From Candidatus Aminicenantes bacterium (GTDB taxonomy: Bacteria > Acidobacteriota > Aminicenantia > Aminicenantales > Aminicenantaceae): DNA of 64,000 nucleotides. Below the pieces are notes generated by a model. That model made no database searches, was not told the origin of the DNA, and saw nothing but the letters and a program-made list of their open reading frames with translations. The position numbers and the translations under genes are program-made. Shown here one piece after another: positions 18,046 to 27,888 of the stretch (the first letter of the stretch is position 1; each line of letters opens with the position of its first letter). Where the stretch lies: the NCBI GenBank assembly GCA_011772475.1, contig WVZK01000134.1:70793-134792 (forward strand), given 5' to 3'.

Positions 18046-20316
18046 CTAAAAAGTGGTTCCAATCGCAAAACGAAATGCGAAATTGGAATCATCAGCATGT
18101 ATCTTTCGGTTATTATAAGCAAAAATTAGCCTGAAAGGAACTCTTAGGGCAGGAACAAATATCCTCACCTCCAGACCTGTCGAGGAATACAAATTGCTTA
18201 AATTAATTTTCTGATCTCGAGCGAAAGCATTCCCCATATCATAAAAGAAAATAGCATATAGGGGGCCGCCGACTGGAATTATATATTCTGCGTTAAAAAC
18301 AAAAGATTTCTCGCCGCCTATATTCTGGTCTCCCCTGATAGAATAAATTTCGTAGCCTCTTATAGACCTTTCTCCTCCAAGATAGAATTTTTCCCAGATA
18401 GGAACGCCTGAGTCTCCTAAAACCTTTATAAACTGATACTCTACGTGGAATCCCACAACATGGTTCAGGACTAATGGATGGAAAAAACTCCACTCAAAGC
18501 GGGGCTTGATAAAGCTCATATCTCCGCCTAAAAAACCACCTGAGAACTTGCTTGAAACCATATACAAAGAACCTCTTGTTGGAGTCAAGGGGCTATTTAC
18601 TGTAGAACGATATACCATAGGAGTTATACTGCTTATGCCGTAACCTCCCCGGAAATCGTAGTAATAGCTGCCTTCTTCGGCATTAATATCGATGTATTCA
18701 TAGGCATAAGTAAGACTTGATCTCAAATATCCTTTGACCCTTCCTCCTACCGTAAGATTAGCTCCTTTTGCTTTTTGATCGAACAGAAAGGGATATATTA
18801 TATAACGATTATACACATTAAATCCCAAACTCACCGGATAATCAAGAAAATAGGGCTCAGAAAAGCCAAACATATAGTTTTTAATTCGCTTTCCATGTTG
18901 AACCATAAGTTCTAATTTTTCTCCAGCGCCTAAGAAATTTACCGTGGAGTAGCTTAGGGCGATAAAAGTTCCTTCATAACCACTGTAGCCAGCCGAAAAC
19001 TGGATGTTGTTCCTTTGAAGTTCTTTAACATTCATGACAACATCCATTTTATTGGGATCTTTTGGATCAGGCCTTATTTCAGGCTCCCCGACAGGCTCCA
19101 CCAGTCCAAGCTGGCTCATCCTTAAAATGCTGTCTTTGAACAAAGCTAAACTAAATCTGTCTCCTTCTCTTAGGAGCATTTCGCGCCTGATAACTTTGTC
19201 TTTGGTGAAGGTATTGCCTTTGAATTCAAGCCTGCCTAAATAAACCACATCCCCTTCAATTATATTGAATGTCACGTTTACACGTTTTCTCTTGGGCTCC
19301 AGTTTTTCTACAGGATATACTGCGGAACGAATATAGCCGAGGTTTCTGTAAATCTCTCCTATCTCTTCAATACTTTTTTCTCTTATTTTGGTGCTATAAA
19401 CATCGCCTTCTTTGAATTTAATGAGCCTGCGTAAGCCTTTAGTTGAAAGAATCTCATTCCCCTCGATCTTAACCTCTCCTACAGTATAACGATAGCCAGG
19501 ATTGACTGGAATAATGATCTTCTTCATCTTCTGTTTTTTGAACAAAACTGTCCTTTTTGTGATTTCCTCAATCCTGGGTTCGCCAACTGTAACTTCCATG
19601 TATCCGTATTCACGGTACTTCTCTTTTATACTTTCCAGATCTTCACTAAGCTTGTTCTGCTTAAAGACATCCTTTCCTGTTATCCAGGGAATAATTCCGT
19701 GCTTCTTATTCTGCTTCATTGCTCCTCTAACAACACTCTTTAGTAACTTTGTGCTTCCTTCGAATTCGACCTCGCCTACTCGAACTTTTGGCCCTTCGCT
19801 GATATCAAACACGACCTCTAACTCGTTCTTTCCTTTTTTGTCTACTTTGACCTTAACCTTGCCAGAAGTAAGGCCCTTTTCGAGGAGCAAATCTTCGATC
19901 GTCTCCTGGATTCTCTTAATTTTGAACTCGTTATAATAAGAATAAGGCAGGATGTATTCATCATTTTCCTTCAGTTTGTTGGTGATATCATTCTCCTTCA
20001 GTTTTTTTCCCGTTTTATAGATGATATTCTTGATTACTGGATTCTCCTCTACGATGATCTTTACTATCTTGCCTCTTACGCCATCTTCTTTTTCTATTCT
20101 GATATTGGAGAAAAATCCTGTCGACCATAAAACTCTAAAATCTCTTCTCAACAACTCCTCGCTGTAGTAGTCTCCTTCTCTTGAAGAAAGATAATAAAGA
20201 ACCGTATCCCGAGTGACGCGCTCGTTGCCGATAATTTCAATCTTCTCTAGCGTCTCCTGTCCGAATAGATAGGGCACAATGCACAAAACGACAAAACATA
20301 ATAGGATTCTTTTCAT
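18046..20316 (-). CDS. bamA: Outer membrane protein assembly factor BamA (POTRA repeats plus C-terminal beta-barrel); the start is at the Met with a GGAAAGAG RBS
   Basis: Signal peptide MKRILLCFVVLCIVPYLFG, repeated POTRA-like modules, and a C-terminal barrel ending in an aromatic residue (F). Confidence 0.85.
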   Translation of the reverse strand: MKRILLCFVVLCIVPYLFGQETLEKIEIIGNERVTRDTVLYYLSSREGDYYSEELLRRDFRVLWSTGFFSNIRIEKEDGVRGKIVKIIVEENPVIKNIIYKTGKKLKENDITNKLKENDEYILPYSYYNEFKIKRIQETIEDLLLEKGLTSGKVKVKVDKKGKNELEVVFDISEGPKVRVGEVEFEGSTKLLKSVVRGAMKQNKKHGIIPWITGKDVFKQNKLSEDLESIKEKYREYGYMEVTVGEPRIEEITKRTVLFKKQKMKKIIIPVNPGYRYTVGEVKIEGNEILSTKGLRRLIKFKEGDVYSTKIREKSIEEIGEIYRNLGYIRSAVYPVEKLEPKRKRVNVTFNIIEGDVVYLGRLEFKGNTFTKDKVIRREMLLREGDRFSLALFKDSILRMSQLGLVEPVGEPEIRPDPKDPNKMDVVMNVKELQRNNIQFSAGYSGYEGTFIALSYSTVNFLGAGEKLELMVQHGKRIKNYMFGFSEPYFLDYPVSLGFNVYNRYIIYPFLFDQKAKGANLTVGGRVKGYLRSSLTYAYEYIDINAEEGSYYYDFRGGYGISSITPMVYRSTVNSPLTPTRGSLYMVSSKFSGGFLGGDMSFIKPRFEWSFFHPLVLNHVVGFHVEYQFIKVLGDSGVPIWEKFYLGGERSIRGYEIYSIRGDQNIGGEKSFVFNAEYIIPVGGPLYAIFFYDMGNAFARDQKINLSNLYSSTGLEVRIFVPALRVPFRLIFAYNNRKIHADDSNFAFRFAIGTTF

Positions 20317-20618
20317 TTCTCTTTCCTTATAACATATTATTCTTTTTATTTCAACGATATCCGTGGGCTCGTTGATTCGGCCCAAAGGCTGATCCGCGAT
20401 CCTTCAAATCATCAAATTCTGTTTATTTCTTAGGGATTGCAATACCAAGGAATCTTGTTCTAAATATCTAGGATACCCGATATGCAATCCAGGCACATTG
20501 ACTGAATAAACGGAAAAGGCCGACCTGTTTAATGCCGGCGTCCGATACTCTTCCATTGGCTTTTATTATTTTATTCTTTACAAACTTCAACCTTCTCATT
20601 GCTACATTAATAATAACT

Positions 20619-21308
20619 CTATGACGGGGACAAAAGTTTCAATTCCCTTCCTTCCATCAAGTATACTTTGTTACAGAATTGAGCAACCTTTTCATTATGT
20701 GTGACAATAATAGATGATAATCCTTTTTTCTTGTGCAGCTCTTGAATGAGAGCCAGAATCATCTGTCCTGTTTTCCAATCCATGTTTCCTGTAGGTTCAT
20801 CGGCCAAAAGCAACTTGGGCTCGTTAACCAATGCTCTGGCAATTGCTACTCTCTGCTGTTCTCCTCCTGAAAGCTGTGCTGGTCTTATATGAGCTTTTTC
20901 TTCCAAAGAAACTTCCTTGAGGATTTCATGAGCTTTCCTCTCAGCTTCTTTTCTCTCCGTTCCGCTTATCAAAAGAGGGAAAGCAATATTTTCCAAAGCT
21001 GTAAATTCGGGCAGAAGGTGGTAAAACTGAAAGATAAAGCCAATCTTCCTATTTCTTAATTCGGCTAATTCTTTTTTACTTCGATTAGAAAGGAGGTCAT
21101 CGCCCTCAAACAGGATTTTCCCTTCGCTCGGCTTATCCAGAGCTCCCAGTAAATTAAGGAAAGTTGTCTTTCCAACTCCAGAAACTCCCATTATTGCCAC
21201 AAGATCGCCCTCGAGCAGCTCAAAATTTATTCCTTCAAAAACACGCAGCACTCCCTTTGGCAACGGATATTCTTTGCCAAGATTTAAAGTTTTGAGCAAG
21301 CTATTCAT
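20619..21308 (-). CDS. lolD: Lipoprotein-releasing ABC transporter ATP-binding protein
   Basis: Walker A GVSGVGKTT, ABC signature LSGGEQQRVAIARAL, Walker B LLLADEP. Confidence 0.8.
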   Translation of the reverse strand: MNSLLKTLNLGKEYPLPKGVLRVFEGINFELLEGDLVAIMGVSGVGKTTFLNLLGALDKPSEGKILFEGDDLLSNRSKKELAELRNRKIGFIFQFYHLLPEFTALENIAFPLLISGTERKEAERKAHEILKEVSLEEKAHIRPAQLSGGEQQRVAIARALVNEPKLLLADEPTGNMDWKTGQMILALIQELHKKKGLSSIIVTHNEKVAQFCNKVYLMEGRELKLLSPS

Positions 21309-22521
21309 ATTTTAAGGCAATAACCGGGTCGACTTTTGATGCTCGATTCGAAGGGAAAAATGTCGAGATAAAACTGATTATAAGAGCAACTCCCACAATC
21401 AAGATTAAATCAAAAAGCTTGATATGAAAGGGAACGAAAGAAATTTGGTAGATATCCACTGGCACCTTGATAAGCTCAAAGGTATTTGCCAGAAGACACC
21501 AAAGCAACCCAAGGACCACTCCAGCAGCTGTTCCGACGATGCCTATCATAGCTCCCTGGAGAAAAAATATTTTCTTTATGCTTTGAGAAGTGGCACCCAT
21601 GGCCATCAGAATGCCTATGTCTTTTGTCTTCTCCATAACCATCAAAATAAGAGTGGCGATAATGTTCAAGGCAGCAACAAAAACAATAAGGGCAATGGTA
21701 AGAAACATTATGTTTTTCTCGAGTTTCAAGGCAGAGAATAGGGATTTATTCAACTCCATCCAAGTCGTCACATAGGCCAAAGGAGGGATAATATCCTTAA
21801 TTTTATTGCCTATTTTCGGAGCATCAAAAATGTCATCTATTCTGACTTGAATGTAGCTTATTCCCTCCCCGAGGCCAAAGAATTTCTGCGCTGATTCCAG
21901 CCAGACGAGAGCTGTTGAGGAATCAAACTCATATAAGCCCGTGTTGAAAATGCCGGTTACTATGAATCTCTTTCTCTTGGGAATGGGTCCGATGGGCGAT
22001 AGACGGGAAGAGGACGTAATAACAGTCACCACTTCTCCAATTCCTGCTCCAATGCTTGCGGCTATTTCACTACCAAGAAGGATGCCCTCCCTTTTGGAGT
22101 CACGTTCAGGAATATTTCCTCTCTCTAACTCTTGAAGCCACTTTGACTGTTTTTTCTCCAAATCAAAATCAATTCCCTTGAACATAGCACCTTTATTCTC
22201 AGAGGACCCTATCAGGAACACTCCATCATGAACAACAGGAGAAACAGATTTCACCCCTTTGAGACTCTCTATTTTCGATATTAGTTGAGGGTAATCTTTC
22301 AATCCTTCATCGGAGAGATCAGAAACCATGAGATGAGAGGTAGCCCCCAGGATTTTATCCTGAACATCATCTTGAAAACCCGTAATCAGAGCTATTGCTA
22401 TAATAAGAGCCATAACTCCGATAGTAATACCCAGAATAGAGATGAAGGTGATGACAGAAATAAAAGCCTGCTTCCTCTTTGCTGTCAGGTATCGTCTGGC
22501 TACGAACGACTCAAAGCTCAT
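21301..22521 (-). CDS. lolC: Lipoprotein-releasing system permease of the LolC/LolE family (FtsX-like)
   Basis: N-terminal FVARRYLTAKRKQAFISVITFISILGI motif typical of LolC/E, with a periplasmic domain and three C-terminal TM helices. Overlaps lolD. Confidence 0.7.
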   Translation of the reverse strand: MSFESFVARRYLTAKRKQAFISVITFISILGITIGVMALIIAIALITGFQDDVQDKILGATSHLMVSDLSDEGLKDYPQLISKIESLKGVKSVSPVVHDGVFLIGSSENKGAMFKGIDFDLEKKQSKWLQELERGNIPERDSKREGILLGSEIAASIGAGIGEVVTVITSSSRLSPIGPIPKRKRFIVTGIFNTGLYEFDSSTALVWLESAQKFFGLGEGISYIQVRIDDIFDAPKIGNKIKDIIPPLAYVTTWMELNKSLFSALKLEKNIMFLTIALIVFVAALNIIATLILMVMEKTKDIGILMAMGATSQSIKKIFFLQGAMIGIVGTAAGVVLGLLWCLLANTFELIKVPVDIYQISFVPFHIKLFDLILIVGVALIISFISTFFPSNRASKVDPVIALKYE

Positions 22522-22534
22522 GGCAAAAACTCAA

Positions 22535-24067
22535 TTATTCCTTTCTGGGGCGAAGAAGAGGAAAAAGAATAACATCCCTTATGGACTTTCTGTCGGCAAA
22601 AATCATCACCAATCGGTCAATCCCAATCCCTTCGCCCCCAGTTGGGGGAAGTCCGTATTCTAAAGCATTGATATAATCGGTATCAACCAGGTGGGCATCC
22701 TCGTCTCCTTTTTTTCTCGCTTCTGCCTGCTGTTCAAACCTCTTTCGTTGTTCTGCAGGGTCAGATAACTCGCTAAAAGCATTGGCGATTTCTAAGCCGC
22801 CCATGACGAGTTCGAACCGTTCAGCTTCATCCGGATTTTCCTTCAATGCCTTGGCCAAAGGTGAGACTTCCTTAGGAAGATCAATCACAAAAGTCGGCTC
22901 GATAAGGTTTTGCTTGACATGTTTATCAAAAATTATATCCAAAGCTTTCCCGTATGAAAGGGCCTTTTTATCAGGGGCCAGAGTCGAAGCCAATTCTATA
23001 GTGCCGGACTTGTCATCAAAACGATCAGGAGCAAGGCCACTGTAATAAACAAGTGCTTCTTTGAACTTAATTCTTTTCCAGGGTCTTTTTACAGAAATTT
23101 TCTTTCCCATAAAAGAGATCTTTTCTGTTCCGAGAAGAGAGAGACTCATGCCATGGATAAGTTCTTCGGTTAATTCCATCATATCATTATAATCGCTGTA
23201 AGCTTCGTAAAATTCCAGCATGGTGAACTCTGGATTATGCTCGGAAGAGATCCCTTCATTCCTAAAGTTTCGATTAATCTCGTAGACCTTTTCAAAGCCT
23301 CCCACAATTAACTTCTTCAAATAAAGCTCTGGAGCTATTCTCAAATAAAGATCAATGCCCAAGGCATTGTGAAAGGTCTTAAACGGCCTGGCCAAAGCAC
23401 CCCCAGGGATGCTATGCATCATAGGCGTTTCGACCTCTATATATCCTTTATCATCAAAAAACTTTCTTATATGCGAGATCATGGCGCTTCTGAGTCTAAA
23501 CACATCTCTTACCCCAGGATTCATAATCAAGTCCAGGTATCTTTTTCGATAACGAAGCTCAACATCATGCAATCCGTGCCATTTTTCCGGAAGAGGATGA
23601 AGGCATTTAGCCAAAAATGTGTATGAATCTACAAATACAGTCAGCTCTCCTGTCTTGGTCTTAAACAAATCTCCTTCAACGGAGAGGAAATCACCTATAT
23701 CTATTAATGAGAAAAGCTTGTAGTTTTTCTTGCCTACTTTATCTTCTTTCAAGTAAGCCTGAATCTTAGATCGGCTGTCCGCTATGTGCAAAAAAGTGGC
23801 TCGGCCCATCGCGCGGATAGACATGACTCTACCGGCTAGGATGACTCTCACTTTTTTCTTTTCAAGATCTTCTTTCGAGGCCGACGAGAAACCTTCAGTC
23901 ACTTCAAAAACAGTATGAGTTGTCTTTGCTTTGCGAGGAAAAACATCAACTTTTTCTTGGGTAAGTTTTTCCATCTTAGCCTGGCGAGCAATTTCCTGGT
24001 CTCCTGTTTTTCGGTCCTGGGCTTGACCCAAGGTTCCTTTTCCTTTTGGACTTTTCTTTTCAGGCAT
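22535..24067 (-). CDS. lysS: Lysyl-tRNA synthetase, class II
   Basis: OB-fold anticodon-binding N-domain and class II motifs (FRNEG, GGEGIGIDRLVM). Confidence 0.9.
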   Translation of the reverse strand: MPEKKSPKGKGTLGQAQDRKTGDQEIARQAKMEKLTQEKVDVFPRKAKTTHTVFEVTEGFSSASKEDLEKKKVRVILAGRVMSIRAMGRATFLHIADSRSKIQAYLKEDKVGKKNYKLFSLIDIGDFLSVEGDLFKTKTGELTVFVDSYTFLAKCLHPLPEKWHGLHDVELRYRKRYLDLIMNPGVRDVFRLRSAMISHIRKFFDDKGYIEVETPMMHSIPGGALARPFKTFHNALGIDLYLRIAPELYLKKLIVGGFEKVYEINRNFRNEGISSEHNPEFTMLEFYEAYSDYNDMMELTEELIHGMSLSLLGTEKISFMGKKISVKRPWKRIKFKEALVYYSGLAPDRFDDKSGTIELASTLAPDKKALSYGKALDIIFDKHVKQNLIEPTFVIDLPKEVSPLAKALKENPDEAERFELVMGGLEIANAFSELSDPAEQRKRFEQQAEARKKGDEDAHLVDTDYINALEYGLPPTGGEGIGIDRLVMIFADRKSIRDVILFPLLRPRKE

Positions 24068-24500
24068 GTTCTTTGTCCTTTAACGATTTCTTTATATCCT
24101 TTAGATTTTTTCGTATGGCATCTAAAATTCCATTCACAAACGTTGCAGCCTCATCTCCGCTGTATTTTTTGGCTATTTCAATCGCTTCATTGATTATTAT
24201 AGCCGGAGCTATATTTTTTTCGTAGAGAAGCTCAAAAACAGCCATTCTCAATATATTGCGATCCACGATAGCCATGCGAGAGATGCGCCAATGCTCAGAA
24301 ACCTGTTGAATGATATTATCGATTTTCTCTTGATCGGAGATTATGCCGTTGACTAACCAGGTACTGTATTCCTTAATTTCCTCAGTAGTTTTTTTGCTCT
24401 CCCAGTATTGATTCAGAGTTTTTTCAATTTGTTTGTTCTCGAATTCTAATCTAAACAGAATGCGGAGTGTTTCCTCTCGGGCTTTCCTTCTTCGGCCCAT
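24060..24500 (-). CDS. nusB: Transcription antitermination factor NusB
   Basis: RRKAREETLRILFRLEF N-terminus and NusB-like length. Confidence 0.85.
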   Translation of the reverse strand: MGRRRKAREETLRILFRLEFENKQIEKTLNQYWESKKTTEEIKEYSTWLVNGIISDQEKIDNIIQQVSEHWRISRMAIVDRNILRMAVFELLYEKNIAPAIIINEAIEIAKKYSGDEAATFVNGILDAIRKNLKDIKKSLKDKEHA

Positions 24501-24515
24501 GAAGCAGTTTCCACT

Positions 24516-24986
24516 CTACTCAAGTCCAGATTCTTTTATCAAGTTGAGTGTTTCCACAACAGATAATACTGCATCCCAACCTTTGTTACCTCCTTTTGTG
24601 CCCGCACGTTCAATTCCTTGTTCGATCGTATCCACCGTCAAGATGCCAAAGGAAACAGGCAATCCCTCTTCCATAGAGATTTGGGCTAATCCCTTGGTTA
24701 TTTCAGCACTTAAAAAATCAAAATGCGGCGTGTCCCCTCGAACCAGGGCACCTAAACAGACAATTCCATCCACTTTTTTTCCCCGGGCCAATTTTTTAAC
24801 AACAACCGGGACCTCGAAGGAACCTGGAACTCTGTAAACGGATATATCTTGCTCAGCTGCTCCTAACTTATGGAGAGCATCAAGAGCACCTTCCAGCAGT
24901 CTTTCTGAAATAAATTGGTTAAAGCGGCTGACTACGATTCCAATCTTTAAACCCTTTGCCTGAAGTTTTCCTTGGTATGTTTTCAT
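24516..24986 (-). CDS. ribH: 6,7-dimethyl-8-ribityllumazine synthase
   Basis: [26 protein letters not shown] and VPGSFEVP lumazine synthase motifs. Confidence 0.9.
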   Translation of the reverse strand: MKTYQGKLQAKGLKIGIVVSRFNQFISERLLEGALDALHKLGAAEQDISVYRVPGSFEVPVVVKKLARGKKVDGIVCLGALVRGDTPHFDFLSAEITKGLAQISMEEGLPVSFGILTVDTIEQGIERAGTKGGNKGWDAVLSVVETLNLIKESGLE

Positions 24987-25265
24987 TTTAATCTCCCTTT
25001 AACATTCCTGTAAGTTAGCTTTTCACCTTTCCAAATCTCAGAGGAACTCTATCGAAATCTCTCCTGCAAGCTTTCCAAGAAAAAATAAATTTTTTTAGCT
25101 CCGATTTGCTCTTTACATTCTCAACCTGGAAGGCTCTCAATTTTGTTCCTCCCTCCAAAATTTTACCTATTTTAACAGATAAAAGTTTTTTTTGCACTAG
25201 TATTGTATTAGGTCGCATCACCTATCTCTAAAAACTAATATCTTATGGTTGACTGTTTCATCACC

Positions 25266-25344
25266 GGGGTCAGGCCTTTCCATTGTGAATAGATATTTTC
25301 TTTCCTCCAGTCCTTGTGGCATTACCAAGGATAAGGCCTGACCC
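25266..25344. repeat. Short MITE-like element C with inverted repeats GGGGTCAGGCCTT ... AAGGCCTGACCC
   Basis: Terminal inverted repeats related to elements A and B. Lies in the ribH / Lon-like divergent promoter region. Confidence 0.4.
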
Positions 25345-25442
25345 TAAAAACATCTTTAGGTCTTGAGAGGGTTTGTGTTTGAAATAGTTTTATGATAATT
25401 TTTTATAATTCAGATTAAAATTGTGTTGAACTTTAGGAGGAT

Positions 25443-27887
25443 ATGATGAAAAGAGCAACAAATTTTAAAGAACTTCCCGCAGACCTGCTGAGGTGGAGCT
25501 GCGACCTTGAAAAAATTCCTTTCCGCACCACAGATGAGTGCAAACCTTGTGAAGGAATTATCGGTCAAGAAAGAGCGCTCAAGGCCATACAGACGGGCTT
25601 AGAAATCAAAAGCCTCGGCTATAATATATTTATAACTGGAATGGTGGGGACAGGCCGAACCACAACCATTAAAAAACTCTTGGAAAAAATGGAAAAGGGA
25701 GACATAACTCCTGATGATCTTCTTTACGTTAATAATTTCAAGAATCCTGATGAACCGACGCTCGTAACCCTTCCAGCCGGAAAAGGAAAACTCTTTAAAG
25801 AAGTCATTGAGAATCTTATTGAGATGCTGAAAACAACCGTTCCAGAAATGCTCAAAAGCAAGTATTATTCAGAAAAAAGGGACAGCATCGTCGAATCCCA
25901 ACAAAGAAAGCAAAAAGAAATCCTTAAGAGTTTTGAAGCAGAAGTAGCCGAGCAAGGTTTTTCCGTCATCCAGGTCCAGATGGGTCTTTTTGTAAAGCCT
26001 GACCTCGTCCCTTTAATCAACGGACAGCCAACTCCTTTCAACAAACTCGAAGAACTTGTCAAACAAGGAGAATTCCCAAAAGAAAAGCTGGAAGAGTTGA
26101 GCAAAAAGTATGAAGAATTGACGGATAAGCTTGAAGAAATATTCGAAAGGATGAAAGAGATAGAGGAGGAAACCCGAAAGCAGTTGAAAAAGTGGGATGC
26201 TGAGTCAATAACCCCTATAATCACAGGAGCCATCAACGAGATAAGGTCAAAATTCAACTATCCAAAAATCTCTGATTACCTGAATGAAATTGAAAATAAT
26301 CTCATCAGGAACATTGACCTCTTTAAAGGCCAAAAAAAGGAAGGGAGGGAAATGGAACCCATGGACCCATTCGCCGCATTCAGAGTTAATCTCCTCATCG
26401 ATAATTCAGATGTGAAGGGTTCCCCTGTTATCATGGAAACAAACCCGAATTATATTAATCTCTTTGGCTCGATAGAACTTGTCTCTTCCCGATATGGCAT
26501 CATCCAAACCGATTTTACGAAAATCAAAGCTGGCTCCTTACTCAAGGCCAATGGCGGTTATTTGGTCATAAATGCCTTAGATGCCCTGATTGAACCAGGT
26601 GTCTGGCCTACCCTTAAGAGAACCTTGAGGAATCAAAAATTAGAAATCCAAAATTACGCTTCTCTTTTCCTCATCTCCCCAACCAGACTCAAGCCTCAGC
26701 CCGTTAAATGCAATGTCAAAGTTGCCATGATAGGAGATGCTTATATCTATAACATTCTTTACTACATGGATGAAGATTTTAAGAAAATATTCAAGGTAAA
26801 AGCTGAATTTGATTCAGAGATGAAGAAGGACAATAAAACTGCCAAAGAGTATGGAACCTTTATAAAGAAAATAACAGATGACGATAAGCTAACACCATTT
26901 GATAAAAGTGGAATCGCTGCTGTCATCGAATACGGTACACGACTTGCTGGGAGACAGAAGAAAATTTCCACACGTTTCCATATTATCGCTGATGTCCTGC
27001 GTGAGGCCAACTACTGGGCTCAAAAAGACAAGAAAAAGACAGTCAGCAGAGAGCACGTCGAAAAAGCCATCAAGGAGCGCTTCGAACGGGTAAGCCTCGT
27101 AGAGGATAAAATTCAAGAGTTCATCGAAGAAGGCACTATTATGATCGATACCGATGGCAAAGTTATAGGTCAGGTCAACGGCCTTTCAGTCTATCTTATG
27201 GGCGAATTTGCTTTCGGTAAGCCTACCCGGATCACAGCAAGCACAGCCGTCGGAAGAGCAGGAGTCATAAACATTGAAAGAGAAGCTGATTTAAGCGGCC
27301 GAACACACAACAAAGGAGTCCTCATCTTAGGAGGGTACTTAAGAGGAAAATATGCTCAGAAAAAACCCTTTTCCCTTTCGGCAAGCATCGCTTTTGAACA
27401 ATCCTATTCCGGAGTTGAAGGAGACAGCGCTTCCTCTACCGAGGTTTACGCCATTCTTTCCAGCCTTTCTAAATTGCCCTTAAGACAAGACATAGCTGTT
27501 ACAGGATCGCTCAACCAGAAGGGAGAAATTCAGCCCATAGGCGGCGTAAACGAAAAAATTGAGGGCTTTTTCGAGGTCTGTAAGGCAAAAGGCCTTACCG
27601 GAAAACAGGGAGTAATCATCCCCCATCAAAACGTCCAAAATCTTATGCTGCGCAATGATGTGGTTGAAGCAGTTAAGAAAAGTAAATTTCACGTTTATCC
27701 TGTTAAATCCATAGATGAGGGAGTTGAAATACTGACAGAAGTCAAAGCAGGACAAAGAAAAAAGGATGGGACATTTGAGGAAGGTACGGTGAATTATCTT
27801 GTTGATCAGGAACTGCAGAGATTGGCTAAAAGCTGGAAGACATTTGCCGCTGAACCCGAAAAAGGAAAAGAAAAGGAATCAGAATGA
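25443..27887 (+). CDS. Lon-like ATP-dependent protease (LonB/COG1067-like: AAA+ module plus C-terminal S16 Ser-Lys protease domain)
   Basis: Walker A GMVGTGRTT. C-terminal GDSASS (catalytic Ser context) and TGSLNQKGEIQPIGGVNEKIEG (catalytic Lys context). Confidence 0.65.
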   Translation: MMKRATNFKELPADLLRWSCDLEKIPFRTTDECKPCEGIIGQERALKAIQTGLEIKSLGYNIFITGMVGTGRTTTIKKLLEKMEKGDITPDDLLYVNNFKNPDEPTLVTLPAGKGKLFKEVIENLIEMLKTTVPEMLKSKYYSEKRDSIVESQQRKQKEILKSFEAEVAEQGFSVIQVQMGLFVKPDLVPLINGQPTPFNKLEELVKQGEFPKEKLEELSKKYEELTDKLEEIFERMKEIEEETRKQLKKWDAESITPIITGAINEIRSKFNYPKISDYLNEIENNLIRNIDLFKGQKKEGREMEPMDPFAAFRVNLLIDNSDVKGSPVIMETNPNYINLFGSIELVSSRYGIIQTDFTKIKAGSLLKANGGYLVINALDALIEPGVWPTLKRTLRNQKLEIQNYASLFLISPTRLKPQPVKCNVKVAMIGDAYIYNILYYMDEDFKKIFKVKAEFDSEMKKDNKTAKEYGTFIKKITDDDKLTPFDKSGIAAVIEYGTRLAGRQKKISTRFHIIADVLREANYWAQKDKKKTVSREHVEKAIKERFERVSLVEDKIQEFIEEGTIMIDTDGKVIGQVNGLSVYLMGEFAFGKPTRITASTAVGRAGVINIEREADLSGRTHNKGVLILGGYLRGKYAQKKPFSLSASIAFEQSYSGVEGDSASSTEVYAILSSLSKLPLRQDIAVTGSLNQKGEIQPIGGVNEKIEGFFEVCKAKGLTGKQGVIIPHQNVQNLMLRNDVVEAVKKSKFHVYPVKSIDEGVEILTEVKAGQRKKDGTFEEGTVNYLVDQELQRLAKSWKTFAAEPEKGKEKESE

Positions 27888-27888
27888 C

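Noticed and set aside
20386-20618. Possible regulatory RNA or attenuator between bamA and lolD
   Set aside because: Only a weak GC-rich segment (GGCCGACCTG...GCCGGCGTCC) is present. There is no convincing hairpin plus T-tract and no repeat-family motif, so it is most likely an ordinary internal promoter region.
25015-25221. 68-aa ORF (minus strand) upstream of ribH
   Set aside because: It has no RBS, lies in the promoter region and shows no motif. Chance ORFs are common in AT-rich intergenic DNA.
24987-25442. FMN riboswitch (RFN element) expected upstream of ribH
   Set aside because: I could not find the conserved RFN cores (GTGAAATTCC / CCGACAGT or their complements) on the minus strand leader. 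The region instead contains MITE-like element C. ribH here is fused to a nusB-lysS-lol operon rather than a rib operon.
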